Position numbers and translations under genes: made by a program | Origin: a virus | Taxonomy: Duplodnaviria; Caudoviricetes | Reading direction: 5' to 3' (one strand) | Virus record (IMG/VR): IMGVR_UViG_3300049174_000047 | Span: 7,731 to 71,730 of that record | DNA length: 64,000 nt | Part shown: one piece after another, positions 34,610-43,831 of the stretch | Layout of the letters: the number at the start of each line of letters is the position of its first letter | Numbering within the stretch: position 1 is the first letter of the stretch | Notes under the pieces: model-generated | The model's database searches: none | Seen by the model: the letters and a program-made list of their open reading frames with translations, nothing else | What the model was told of the DNA's origin: nothing

Positions 34610-35533
34610 GTGACCCAGCCACTGATCCCCCCGTTCGGTATCACTGCGTCCTACCAGAAGGACCAGTACGGCACTGGCCCCTACAACGTGGGTGGCAGCC
34701 AGGTGTTCAGCCACCTGGTAAGCCCGCCCGCGGCCGGGGTGGCTGCGGAGAACTCCTCCAACGCCAAGGCCCAGGCGGCTGGCTTCACCGGCTCCGGGGC
34801 GGCCAACGAGGTCCAGACCATCACGATCACCGGCACTCCCACCGGGGGCACGTTCTACCTGATCTGGAACGACGCGGTGACCGCACCGATTGCCTACAAC
34901 GCCGCGGCGGCGGCTGTGCAGACGGCCCTGAACGCCCTGCCCGGCATGACCTACGGCACCAATGCCATCCAGTCGGTGACCATCACCGGAGCCCCGGCCG
35001 CAGGCACCTTCACGCTGACTTTCGGCGGCCAGACCACTCCCGCGCTGGCCATCACCGCCACCGCGGCCCAGGTCCAGCTGGCCCTGCAGGGGCTGTCCTC
35101 CATCGGTCTGGGCAACGTGCTCGTCACGGGCCCCGCCGGGGGGCCGTGGCAGGTCACCTTCCAGGGCACCAAGGGCAACCAGCCGCAGACCCTGATGACC
35201 ACGGCCAACACCTTCACGGGTGGCACCACCCCAGGTGTGACCGTGGCCAACGTGGTGGTGGGCGTGGGCCCGACCGCCAACACCGTGGTCTCCGGTGGCC
35301 CCGGCCCCGGCACCCCCTACACGGTGACCTTCGGCGGGCGGCTCACGGGCGTCAACGTGGCTCCCATCGGGGCCAACGGCGGCAAGCTGACCGGCGGCAC
35401 CAACCCGACGGTCACGGTGACCACCCCGACGAGCGGGAAGTCGAGCTTCAGCAACCAAGCGCTGGCCAACCGCTCCCAGCAGTACGACGGGATGCGGAAC
35501 TTCTACGACTCCGGTTCGGGCAACCACTGGTAA
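34610..35533 (+). CDS. Structural protein with two tandem beta domains (EVQTITITG.PTGGTF.L type)
   Basis: NEVQTITITGTPTGGTFYL...VQTALNAL and NAIQSVTITGAPAAGTFTL...VQLALQGL; typical of surface appendage domains. Confidence 0.7.
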   Translation: MTQPLIPPFGITASYQKDQYGTGPYNVGGSQVFSHLVSPPAAGVAAENSSNAKAQAAGFTGSGAANEVQTITITGTPTGGTFYLIWNDAVTAPIAYNAAAAAVQTALNALPGMTYGTNAIQSVTITGAPAAGTFTLTFGGQTTPALAITATAAQVQLALQGLSSIGLGNVLVTGPAGGPWQVTFQGTKGNQPQTLMTTANTFTGGTTPGVTVANVVVGVGPTANTVVSGGPGPGTPYTVTFGGRLTGVNVAPIGANGGKLTGGTNPTVTVTTPTSGKSSFSNQALANRSQQYDGMRNFYDSGSGNHW

Positions 35534-35575
35534 GCCTGGGAGGTCCCGAGCACCGAGGAGCGATAGGAGGCGGCG

Positions 35576-37216
35576 GTGGGGATCAACTATCCGGGCACCC
35601 CGCCAGGGACCGGGTTTGACGACTTCAGTGTGCCCTCAGAACCCGAGGGCACGCCGTTGTCGGAGGCGGGTACTTCCAATCGCAACCACCCCGAGCTGCA
35701 TGAGGACATCAACTCGGCGGTAGAGGCCCTGCAGCACTGGGCGGCGCTGCGCTCCCACGACCACTCCGGGGCCGACGACATTCGGCACGGGCCCAAGCTG
35801 CCCCAGGCCTCCACCCATGAGAACGCCGACACCGACTCCGGGCCCACCGCGATCCACCACACCATCGGGACGGGCCCAGGACAGGTCGCTGCGGGTAATC
35901 ACACCCACGCTGCGCCCACGCTGCCGCAGGCTCCCTACGTCATCTGCACCTCCACCACTCGTCCACCCAATCCGTGGGTGGGCATGCAGATCTACGAGAC
36001 CGATCTCAAGTGCGTGCGGATCTGGGACAGCTTCGGCACCGACGACCCGGTCACCGGCCTGAACGCCCAGGACACCTTCCCCACCACCTTCACCGACGCC
36101 TATGGCCGCCACGCGCTGGACCCGGCCAGCTGGGAGCAGTGGTACGAGGATGACCCGGCCGACCGCGACCACGGCGCGATGGGCGTGGTGGCCCCCGGCG
36201 TGCTCACCTGGACCGACCAGGGCACCGACAACAACCGCTGCATCGCCCGGCGCATCGCGACGGCCGATAAGCAGACCATCACCGACGACCAGGTGCTGAC
36301 CTGGAAGGGCGGCGACATCGTCATCGAGCCCCAAGGCATCGACAGCCTGTGGGCCTCCAACGACGGCCTGCTGCGGATGAGCGCCGACCGGCAGAACTAC
36401 TGGCGGGTGAAGGTGGGCTCGGGCCACGTCAAGGTCACCTACACCACCACCGGACCCGGCGGCGAACAGGACCTGGGACTGCTGACCTGGATCGACACCC
36501 GCGACCCTGACCTGGAATGGCGCTTCGAGCTGGTGGGCCGGGGCCTGACCATCTATCGCAACGGGCAGAGCCTGGGCACCGTCAAGGACACCAAGTCGCT
36601 GACCGCCATGGGGGCCAACTTCCGCGGCTGGGGCATCGGCATGGAGGCCGACGACGGCCTGCTCGCCCAGATCACGCCGGGCTCCATCCAGTGGGTGCGG
36701 ATTCAGGATTACATTTACTACACCTCGGTCAACCACTGGACCATCCTGCCGGTGGCCCGCGTGCCCATCGTGCGGCTGCGCCAGAACTCGCGCCAGCAGC
36801 TGCAGACCGCGGGCTCGATGCTGGTCTGGGACCAGGAGTTGGAGGACAACTTCGGCTACTTCAACCCGGCCGCCAACACCAACATCGTCATCGCCGACCC
36901 CGGCATGTACCACATCGACGCGGCCATCCAGTGGGACCTGTCCGTGGTGCCCGACATCGCCGCGATCATCCTGGTGATCAACGGCTTGGAGACCACCACC
37001 CGCTCCCACTGGTTCCAGCGCGGCGGCACCAGCTACAACCCCGGCTTCTCCCAGACGCTGTCCTTCTCGGGCATGCTGCGGCTCAAGACCAACGACGTGC
37101 TCTCGGTCAAGGTCAAGTACACCGTGGCGGCCTCCCTGCTGGGGCAGATCTTCAGCTACGTGGACGGTCCCGGCCGGGTCACCAGCAGGATCGACCTGCA
37201 GTACACGGCGGTCTAA
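35576..37216 (+). CDS. Virion fibre/whisker-like protein with lectin-like and C1q-like C-terminal regions
   Basis: HDH.G fibre motif, ICTSTTRP.NP.VG..IYETD, beta-sandwich C-terminus (WD.E..DN.G.F....G.Y.I.A.I.W). Confidence 0.6.
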   Translation: MGINYPGTPPGTGFDDFSVPSEPEGTPLSEAGTSNRNHPELHEDINSAVEALQHWAALRSHDHSGADDIRHGPKLPQASTHENADTDSGPTAIHHTIGTGPGQVAAGNHTHAAPTLPQAPYVICTSTTRPPNPWVGMQIYETDLKCVRIWDSFGTDDPVTGLNAQDTFPTTFTDAYGRHALDPASWEQWYEDDPADRDHGAMGVVAPGVLTWTDQGTDNNRCIARRIATADKQTITDDQVLTWKGGDIVIEPQGIDSLWASNDGLLRMSADRQNYWRVKVGSGHVKVTYTTTGPGGEQDLGLLTWIDTRDPDLEWRFELVGRGLTIYRNGQSLGTVKDTKSLTAMGANFRGWGIGMEADDGLLAQITPGSIQWVRIQDYIYYTSVNHWTILPVARVPIVRLRQNSRQQLQTAGSMLVWDQELEDNFGYFNPAANTNIVIADPGMYHIDAAIQWDLSVVPDIAAIILVINGLETTTRSHWFQRGGTSYNPGFSQTLSFSGMLRLKTNDVLSVKVKYTVAASLLGQIFSYVDGPGRVTSRIDLQYTAV

Positions 37217-37225
37217 GGAGGTGTG

Positions 37226-38341
37226 ATGGCCACCGAACCAACCGGAGTGAGTGTCTGGACCCCCAAGATCCGCGATGCGGCGCTGGCCCGTAAGTTCGTC
37301 AGTCAGGGTGGTAGTGGCTATGTGGCCATCTCCATTCAGGACGGGGCCGGGGCCCAGGCCAAGGCCATGGACGCCGACGCGGGCACGCTCAGCCTGGATA
37401 TGTTCTTCAATGACGTTCTCGCCAGCCCGGCCCCGCCTTCAAGCCCCTACGGCACCCAGGTGCTCACGGTCACCGAGCCCGACATCGTCCGCACCGATGT
37501 CGGCAAGTATTACTACAACATTGACCCGAGCATCACCCAGAACCGCGGGCTGATCACCGCGGTGTGGAATTACCAGGTCAATGGCGTCCCCTTCACCTTC
37601 ACCGACCACCTGCAGGTGCTGGACTCGATGCCTCTCTACGACACCCTCTCCGACCAGGAGAGGGGCACCGTCGAGCAGGTCACCTGGATGTTCGCCGACA
37701 TGTACGACAGCACCGAAGGCGGCCCGCACCTGATCGAGGAGTTCCAGACGCACTGGGGCTACGAGCGCATCGCCCAGCTGATGCGGATCGCGGTGATGAA
37801 AGCCAACTACATCGGCAACTACGGCAACCCACCGACCTCCTGGTCGGTGGGTGGGGGCACCGACGCCACCACGGTGGCGGGCCAGCAGGTCACCAACACC
37901 CAGACGCTGCCCGACGGCACCACGACGACGACCACCTACTACACCAGCTCGTCCAGCTCGGGCGGTAGCTCGGGGGTGCCCGCCAATTTCTACGGCCTGG
38001 TGGTGTGGGGTACCTACATCGAGTGCCTGCGGCACTTCCGCGACTCCTACACCGAGCTGCCCGCCCGGCCGGGGATGGACGTGGTCTACACCGACCGCCG
38101 CGACTATTGGAACCGCTGGGCGCAGAACCTGCAGACCGAGGAGCAGGCCTACAACCAGGCGCTGGCGCGAGCCAAGCGCTCCCTGCTGTCGATGTCCCGC
38201 GGCTCGCTGCTGGTGGCCGGTGGCATCTACGGTGGCTCCGCGCTGGGCATCTTCCAGGCGGGTACCTACGCCTCCCAGGTCCGCTCCTGGCGCTTCTACC
38301 CGGCCGCCCCGGCCATCAGTTGGGGTGCAACCCGTCACTAA
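37226..38341 (+). CDS. Head-to-tail adaptor (neck) protein
   Basis: Position and helical C-terminus with DRRDY..RW; inferred from synteny. Confidence 0.55.
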   Translation: MATEPTGVSVWTPKIRDAALARKFVSQGGSGYVAISIQDGAGAQAKAMDADAGTLSLDMFFNDVLASPAPPSSPYGTQVLTVTEPDIVRTDVGKYYYNIDPSITQNRGLITAVWNYQVNGVPFTFTDHLQVLDSMPLYDTLSDQERGTVEQVTWMFADMYDSTEGGPHLIEEFQTHWGYERIAQLMRIAVMKANYIGNYGNPPTSWSVGGGTDATTVAGQQVTNTQTLPDGTTTTTTYYTSSSSSGGSSGVPANFYGLVVWGTYIECLRHFRDSYTELPARPGMDVVYTDRRDYWNRWAQNLQTEEQAYNQALARAKRSLLSMSRGSLLVAGGIYGGSALGIFQAGTYASQVRSWRFYPAAPAISWGATRH

Positions 38342-38350
38342 GGAGATCCC

Positions 38351-38575
38351 ATGTCCTACCCCCTCAACATCCCCACACCCACCGGCCTGGCCCCGCTTCG
38401 ACATCAGACCGCCCTGGTCCAGGCGGCACAGTACCTCGAAGGAAGTGGCCCCACCATGGCTGCCAACCCCGACAACTCCCCCCTGGACGGCATCGCCTCG
38501 GGTGTCGCTGCCGGTGTCTCCACGGGAACCGTCACGCTCAAGCACGGTCAGAAGGGTCCTGCGAAACACGGATGA
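38351..38575 (+). CDS. Small hypothetical protein
   Basis: RBS AAGGAG. Confidence 0.65.
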   Translation: MSYPLNIPTPTGLAPLRHQTALVQAAQYLEGSGPTMAANPDNSPLDGIASGVAAGVSTGTVTLKHGQKGPAKHG

Positions 38576-39603
38576 TCCTCAAGCAGGCCGAGCAGTGGCC
38601 CTACCGTATCCCCGACGAGCAGATGCCGCCGTGGCTCTCCTCGGTGCCCTCTGACCCGCTGAACCCCGACGCCATCCTGCACAGCTTCCTGCTGGGCCCC
38701 GAGGATGCCTACGACCAGTGGGACTGGAAGAAGCGCCATGAGGACTCCCCGCCGATCCCCACCCCCAACGACGTGCACTGGTACCACGCCACCCCCGTCG
38801 AGCTGCCGGTGGGCACCGTGCTGGCCCCGCACCACAAGCCGCCCTGGACCGACAATCCCTACCACGGCGGCCTGGACAACCGGGCCAACTTCATCTGGGT
38901 CGAGCACGACCTGTCTCATTCGGGGGACTGGATCGGCTACATGGTGCGCGACCACGGCCAGTGCTTCCTGTACCGGGTCAAGCCGCGCATCGGGCCCTTC
39001 GCCTGGAACGGCTCTGGTCATGAGGGCTGGGTGAGCGACTCCGCGGTGATCACCGACCTGCTGGCGGCCTACAAGGGCACCGAGGGACACGTCAGGAGGG
39101 TGGCCGTCAACAACCAGGGCGGCTTGTCGGCAGCTGTCGAATCGTTTCGCAACACGCCAATGGCGCGGCACACCGAGAGTCCTGAGTGTGCGGAGGGGAT
39201 GTGTGAGGGGGTGATGGACCGCTTTGTTCACCATGCCCAGCAGCAGGGGCTGAAGGCCGAACGCCGCGAGTTCAATTATCCCCTGAAGTCGGCCTTCCCT
39301 AATCCGCACGCTGGCCTCTCAGAGCGTGAGGACGACGGCGACAATCCCCCCGCCTGGGACGGCTGGCACCACGCCGCCGTGGTGCGGCATCAGGGAACGC
39401 CTTACGTGGTGGACTGGTCATTGCGTCAGTTCGATCCTGGGGCCGAGCACCCGCACATCGAGCCGCTAGAGACTTACGGACAGAAGTTTCTCTATCACAA
39501 CGAGATGGATTATCCCGCCGAAGATCCCGCCGACCGAGCCGACTGGGATCAGAAGAACCTGAACGCCAATGGGACCTGGCGTCATCCGTGGATGAGGTCC
39601 TGA
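38572..39603 (+). CDS. Two-domain protein: Arr-like ADP-ribosyltransferase fold plus papain/transglutaminase-like Cys-His-Asp domain
   Basis: WYHAT..ELP.G.VL.P...NFIWV...LYRVKP resembles Arr-type ART strands; GMC (39202), HHAAV (39370), VVDWS.RQFD (39412); ATGA overlap. Confidence 0.55.
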   Translation: MILKQAEQWPYRIPDEQMPPWLSSVPSDPLNPDAILHSFLLGPEDAYDQWDWKKRHEDSPPIPTPNDVHWYHATPVELPVGTVLAPHHKPPWTDNPYHGGLDNRANFIWVEHDLSHSGDWIGYMVRDHGQCFLYRVKPRIGPFAWNGSGHEGWVSDSAVITDLLAAYKGTEGHVRRVAVNNQGGLSAAVESFRNTPMARHTESPECAEGMCEGVMDRFVHHAQQQGLKAERREFNYPLKSAFPNPHAGLSEREDDGDNPPAWDGWHHAAVVRHQGTPYVVDWSLRQFDPGAEHPHIEPLETYGQKFLYHNEMDYPAEDPADRADWDQKNLNANGTWRHPWMRS

Positions 39604-40223
39604 TGGCAGTCATCAAGCTGGTCGAGGACTACGCGGTCTCCCAATTGCGCAAGGACGTGCGCGATGCGCTCACCCTGGCCGGGGAGCAGTCGGTGCTGCT
39701 GCAGCTGTTCCACTCCACCGACAAGGACACCACGCCCTGCCCGCAGTGCGGCGACGACATCTACCAGTCCCCCGAGGCCGACTGCTCCTCCTGCTACGGC
39801 ACCATGTTCGAGGGCGGGGTGCGCTCGGCCTGCCGGATCTGGGCCATGTACACCGACAAGCAGGCCCCCGAGCAGCGCGGCCCCCGCGGCGAGTTCGAGC
39901 CCGACGCCCGCAGCGTGCAGTTCGAGGCCTTCCCGATCATCGTGGAGCACGACGTGCTGGTGCGGGTGCGGCACTGGAACGCCGACGGCACCGTCAAGGA
40001 GCTAGAGGGTTTCTACATGTTGTCTGTCCCCGAGCGCCGCAGCCTGCGCACCGGCACCCGGTTCGGTCAGTATGGCTGGGACGTGGTGGGCCAGAAGGCC
40101 CAGTTGGGTGAGCTGCCGCCCACTCACAAGATGATCACCACCTACCCCATCCTGGGCAAGGTCTTTGATGAGGCTCCCCAGCTGCCGCCGGGAATCCCCC
40201 CGCCGATTCCGGGGTACCGATGA
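39603..40223 (+). CDS. Head closure/stopper-like neck protein with zinc insert
   Basis: CPQC...CSSC; neck-region synteny. Confidence 0.55.
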   Translation: MAVIKLVEDYAVSQLRKDVRDALTLAGEQSVLLQLFHSTDKDTTPCPQCGDDIYQSPEADCSSCYGTMFEGGVRSACRIWAMYTDKQAPEQRGPRGEFEPDARSVQFEAFPIIVEHDVLVRVRHWNADGTVKELEGFYMLSVPERRSLRTGTRFGQYGWDVVGQKAQLGELPPTHKMITTYPILGKVFDEAPQLPPGIPPPIPGYR

Positions 40224-40681
40224 AGGTCCCCGTCCCCCAGCACCTGGCCCAGAAGGTCTCCAACGACGCGGTGGCCAACGCCCGCAATGCCATGAAGGGC
40301 TACGGGTGGAGTGACCGTGCTTTACAAGCGCTACAGCCCATGCCGGGCGAGGGCTCGGTGGGAATCAAGACCACGCTGAAGTACCTGATGTACCAGGAGC
40401 GTGGCACCAAGCCCTACCTGATGTGGTGGGTGAACGGGCGAACCATCCCCCTGTCCTGCTCCCAAGGGGATGGTCCGCACTTCCGGCGCGGCGGCCACGT
40501 CGGCGAGCCCGGCTACGTTGACATCCCCCACCAGGGCAAGGTCTGGCGCACCGAGCGCTGGAAGCACCCCGGCGTGCAGGCCCGCAACTTCATGCGCGAC
40601 GGCCTGAGCCAGGCCATCGAGGACAACAAGCCCGTCATCCAGCAGTGGGTCCGCGGGCTGATCACAGGAGGTGGGCAATGA
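40220..40681 (+). CDS. Neck/tail completion protein (HK97 gp10-like)
   Basis: Y..YQE.GT.P and HPG.QARNFMRD.L motifs. Confidence 0.65.
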   Translation: MKVPVPQHLAQKVSNDAVANARNAMKGYGWSDRALQALQPMPGEGSVGIKTTLKYLMYQERGTKPYLMWWVNGRTIPLSCSQGDGPHFRRGGHVGEPGYVDIPHQGKVWRTERWKHPGVQARNFMRDGLSQAIEDNKPVIQQWVRGLITGGGQ

Positions 40682-41523
40682 CCCAGCCCGTCTACGGTCC
40701 CGACATGTTCGCGATGGACCTGGACCTGCCCGATCCCGAGACCGTGCTCAACCCCGCCATGCCCCGCGCTTGGAGCGCGGGGGGCGTGATTGAAAGCGTC
40801 AAGACCGCCGTCGTGATGGGCGTGCGCGATGCCTTCCGCAGGACCACCATGCAGTCCTCGCAGGACGAGGGCGAGCCCTTCCACGTCAGCATCGAGTATC
40901 CGGTCAAGGAGACCGAGTACCCCGGCATCTGGGTGCAGTTCGCCATCGAGCAGCTGCAGCGGGCCGGGCTGTCCATGGAGCACTGGACCAAGGACGACCG
41001 CGGGGAGTGGGGCCCCATCCAGACCTGGGCCTTCAACGGCCGGATCACCCTGACCATCGCCGCGCTCACCTCCAAGGACCGCGACCGCCTGGCCGACACC
41101 GTGATCGCCCAGCTCGCCTTCTCCCGCCCGCCGGATCTGATCATCACCAACCCCCGCAAGGACGCCAAGCAGATGAAGGGCCTGCTGGGGACCATCAACG
41201 ACAACCCCTTCGTGCAGATGACGCTGAACACCGACATCGTCAACTCGGGCGGGGCGACGGTGACCGGGGGAACCCCGTGGGCCCAGAACATCCTGCTCTA
41301 CGAGGACAACTACTCCATCGCCTGCACCGGGCACTTCAACATCCGTTTTTCCTACGACGGTGTCTACGAGCTGCGCGAGATCCGGCAGGACCCCACCATC
41401 GAGGAGGCCGGGCTGCTCTACGACCCCAGGCAGTGGGGCTCCGAGATCGTCGTGGAGCGCACCAGGGACGCCTACCCCATCGGGCACCCCGGCCAATACA
41501 ATTCTGGGTTTGGGGCTCGGTAG
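40678..41523 (+). CDS. Tail terminator-like protein
   Basis: V.IEYP....YP.I.V and ...I.ALTS.DRDRL.D patterns; last neck gene before the sheath. Confidence 0.55.
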   Translation: MTQPVYGPDMFAMDLDLPDPETVLNPAMPRAWSAGGVIESVKTAVVMGVRDAFRRTTMQSSQDEGEPFHVSIEYPVKETEYPGIWVQFAIEQLQRAGLSMEHWTKDDRGEWGPIQTWAFNGRITLTIAALTSKDRDRLADTVIAQLAFSRPPDLIITNPRKDAKQMKGLLGTINDNPFVQMTLNTDIVNSGGATVTGGTPWAQNILLYEDNYSIACTGHFNIRFSYDGVYELREIRQDPTIEEAGLLYDPRQWGSEIVVERTRDAYPIGHPGQYNSGFGAR

Positions 41524-41587
41524 CCCAATTGGCAGAGGCCCCGGACTCAAAATCCGGTATATGTGGGTCCGAATCCCACCCGAGCTA
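41514..41587 (+). tRNA. tRNA-Leu: tRNA-Leu(CAA), short variable arm
   Basis: Acceptor GGCTCGG/CCGAGCT, D arm GCC..AATTGGCAG..GGC, anticodon stem CCGGA/TCCGG with CT-CAA-AA (41548-41550), T stem GTGGG/CCCAC; T loop TCCGAAT and CCA offset by 2 nt. Confidence 0.85.
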
Positions 41588-42064
41588 CACCAGGCCTGCC
41601 TTCTTGCGGGCCCTATGGTTGGCGATGGCTATCCGAGTGCAAATCTTGCACTGACGAAAGGTCTTGCCGTCACCTCTGCGGCAATGCCTGGTGTTCTCCG
41701 GGGTGTAGTCATGACCCTGCGGGCACTGGGTTTTGACTGTCTGCCAATGGGTGCCGCGCCGTACTTCATCAAGGGCATTTTCGGAGTGGGTGTCGTAGCG
41801 CAGGTTGCTCAGGTGACAGTTCAGCTTGTTCCCGTCGTTGTGACAGACCTCCATGCCTTCCGGGCACTCGCCCAGGAAGGTCCGGGCCATCAGAACGTGC
41901 ACCCTCACCATCGTCAGCTGACCGTCTTTGGTCAGGTTCACCCGGAGATACTCCCCTCGCACGCTGGGTTGGAGTAGGCGCGGCTCGTTGCGTTTGAGCG
42001 ACAGGATGTCGGCCGTGTGGCTGATCCGATACCCCGGCCAGCCAGGGATTTCGTACCAGATCAT
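41585..42064 (-). CDS. Free-standing NUMOD4-HNH homing endonuclease
   Basis: W.EIPG.PGY.IS, RVH.LMA..FLG, VCHNDGN..NC.LSNLRYDT.SEN, C-terminal CPQGH...C..C. Confidence 0.9.
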   Translation of the reverse strand: MIWYEIPGWPGYRISHTADILSLKRNEPRLLQPSVRGEYLRVNLTKDGQLTMVRVHVLMARTFLGECPEGMEVCHNDGNKLNCHLSNLRYDTHSENALDEVRRGTHWQTVKTQCPQGHDYTPENTRHCRRGDGKTFRQCKICTRIAIANHRARKKAGLV

Positions 42065-42098
42065 GTAAAACGCCTCTCAGCCGCCCAAGAAGAGATAG
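42062..42098 (+). promoter_or_regulatory. Putative phage late promoter (sheath operon)
   Basis: CATGTA-N21-GAAGAGATAG; the upstream box overlaps the HNH start codon. Confidence 0.65.
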
Positions 42099-42162
42099 AA
42101 GGACCTGTTCCAGATGATAGTGCATCACGGGAACGGATCGTAACCGCTGGCAGGAGGCTGAA

Positions 42163-43782
42163 ATGTCCTCACCCACACAGATCGCGCAAGAGGCCATCGA
42201 CTTCAGTCACTACATGAGCCCAGGGGTGTATACGCAGAGCTTTGGCGGTCCCCAGCTCGCGGTGAATACCAGCCTCCCCACGGCCGTCGGCATCATCGGG
42301 CAGACCATCGGGTACGAGACCTTCGTCCAGACGGTCCAGATCAACCCCGACGTGGACGACACCACCCCCTCGCTCACCCAGACGCTGGCGCAGCAGGGCA
42401 TCGACATCTCCAACCCGTGGGTCTCCGACGCCACCATCAACCCGACCTTCGTGGTGGCCGAGCCCAACACCGGGGCCAAATACGTGTTCGGCACCGACTA
42501 CACCATCGTCTGTGTGGGCGGCACCTCGGGCGAGCAGGACGCGCTCTACGCCGTGCAGCGGGTGCTACCGGCCAACGGTGGGCACCTGGACGAGGGCGAC
42601 TATATCCAGATCCGCTATCAGTACACCAACGAGCAGTACTACCAGCCCTACATCTTCTACGACTACGCCGACGTGGTGGCCGCCTATGGCCCGCCGTTCG
42701 ACACCAAGACCGGGGTGATCATCTCCGGGCTCACGCTGGCTTCCCACTTCGCCTTCCTCAACGGGGCCTACCAGGTGGTGGCGGTGGCCGTGAAGTCCAG
42801 CGCGGGGGTGGGACACGCCACCGTGGGCGACTACGGCGGGGCCCTGGAACTGCTCAAGGACCAGCCCATGGTCGCGGTGATCGTCACCGACTCCGGGGAG
42901 CAGCCGCTGCACCAGCTCGTTCAGGAGCACGTCGATCAGCAGAGCGCGGCACGCCATGAGCGCCGGGCCATCGTGGCCCTGGACGGCACCGTGGCCCCCG
43001 CGGCCTCGGCCCAGCGCATCATCGACGCCCAGGCGCTCTCCGACCGGCGCATCTGTCTGGTGTGCCCCAACAGCTTCAACTACTTCAGCCCCGAGCTGAA
43101 CCAGACCATCCTGCTGGGCGGGCAGTACATGGCCGCCAGCCTGGCCGGGGTGACGGTGTCGATGTCCTACGCCCAGCCGCTGACCCGCAAGACGGTGACC
43201 GGGTGGATCGGCATCGGCGAGCTGGAACGCGAGGGGCAGAAGAACTTGGAGTCCCAGAACGGGCTGCTCGTCGTGGAGAAAACCCGCACCCAGAAGATCC
43301 AGGTTCGCCACGGCGTAACCACCGACCCCACCGACATGCTCAGCCGGGAGTGGTCGATCATCGGGCAGCAGGACGCCATGTGCTACCGGCTCCGGGACTA
43401 CCTGGAATCCGACAATTTGATCGGCCAGCCTATTTATCCCTTCACACTGATAAATGTAAAGGGTAGTGCCGACGCCGCATTGCAGAGTCTTATCCGGGAC
43501 GGTTTGATTGTCGATTACACCGCATTGAAAGTGCGACAATTGGCGACCAATCCCGACGTGCTGGAAGTAAGTTTCGCCTGGCTCCCCGCATTCCCGCTGA
43601 ATTACATTGTCGTGACATTCTCGGTGAGTCTCACAACCGGCAATTTGACTTCGACAACCGGCACCGGGGCCAACGTCGCCAACGTGACCTCGGCCAGCCA
43701 GACCTCCACCCAGGTGGGCATCCCGTCCAGCTCGGTGATCAACGACTTCGGCGGCCCGAGCAACACACTGCAATCGCTGTAA
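42163..43782 (+). CDS. Tail sheath protein
   Basis: Y..PGVY, Y.....A.G.PF, ER.AIV, LTRK...G, G....E......VRHG.TT, RD.L....IG, ..PLNYI.V motifs. Confidence 0.9.
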   Translation: MSSPTQIAQEAIDFSHYMSPGVYTQSFGGPQLAVNTSLPTAVGIIGQTIGYETFVQTVQINPDVDDTTPSLTQTLAQQGIDISNPWVSDATINPTFVVAEPNTGAKYVFGTDYTIVCVGGTSGEQDALYAVQRVLPANGGHLDEGDYIQIRYQYTNEQYYQPYIFYDYADVVAAYGPPFDTKTGVIISGLTLASHFAFLNGAYQVVAVAVKSSAGVGHATVGDYGGALELLKDQPMVAVIVTDSGEQPLHQLVQEHVDQQSAARHERRAIVALDGTVAPAASAQRIIDAQALSDRRICLVCPNSFNYFSPELNQTILLGGQYMAASLAGVTVSMSYAQPLTRKTVTGWIGIGELEREGQKNLESQNGLLVVEKTRTQKIQVRHGVTTDPTDMLSREWSIIGQQDAMCYRLRDYLESDNLIGQPIYPFTLINVKGSADAALQSLIRDGLIVDYTALKVRQLATNPDVLEVSFAWLPAFPLNYIVVTFSVSLTTGNLTSTTGTGANVANVTSASQTSTQVGIPSSSVINDFGGPSNTLQSL

Positions 43783-43831
43783 CAACCATGGGTCAGGCCG
43801 GTCCTGTCCCTAGTCAAGGAGGTGAGCACCG

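Noticed and set aside
34610-38575. Similarity between CDS 38351 (HQTALVQAAQYLEG) and the end of CDS 34610 (NQALANRSQQYDG)
   Set aside because: Too short and weak to support without a profile search
41514-41587. Short variable arm as evidence of a recoded or non-Leu tRNA
   Set aside because: Mycobacterial Leu(CAA/TAA) tRNAs are recalled to have short variable arms with the same D-loop, and all ORFs read cleanly in code 11
41514-41592. tRNA as an attP/attB integration site
   Set aside because: No integrase and no duplicated tRNA 3' fragment in the window
41611-41618. Fifth CCCTATGG motif copy
   Set aside because: Lies inside the HNH coding region and lacks the GC(GTT) continuation; likely chance
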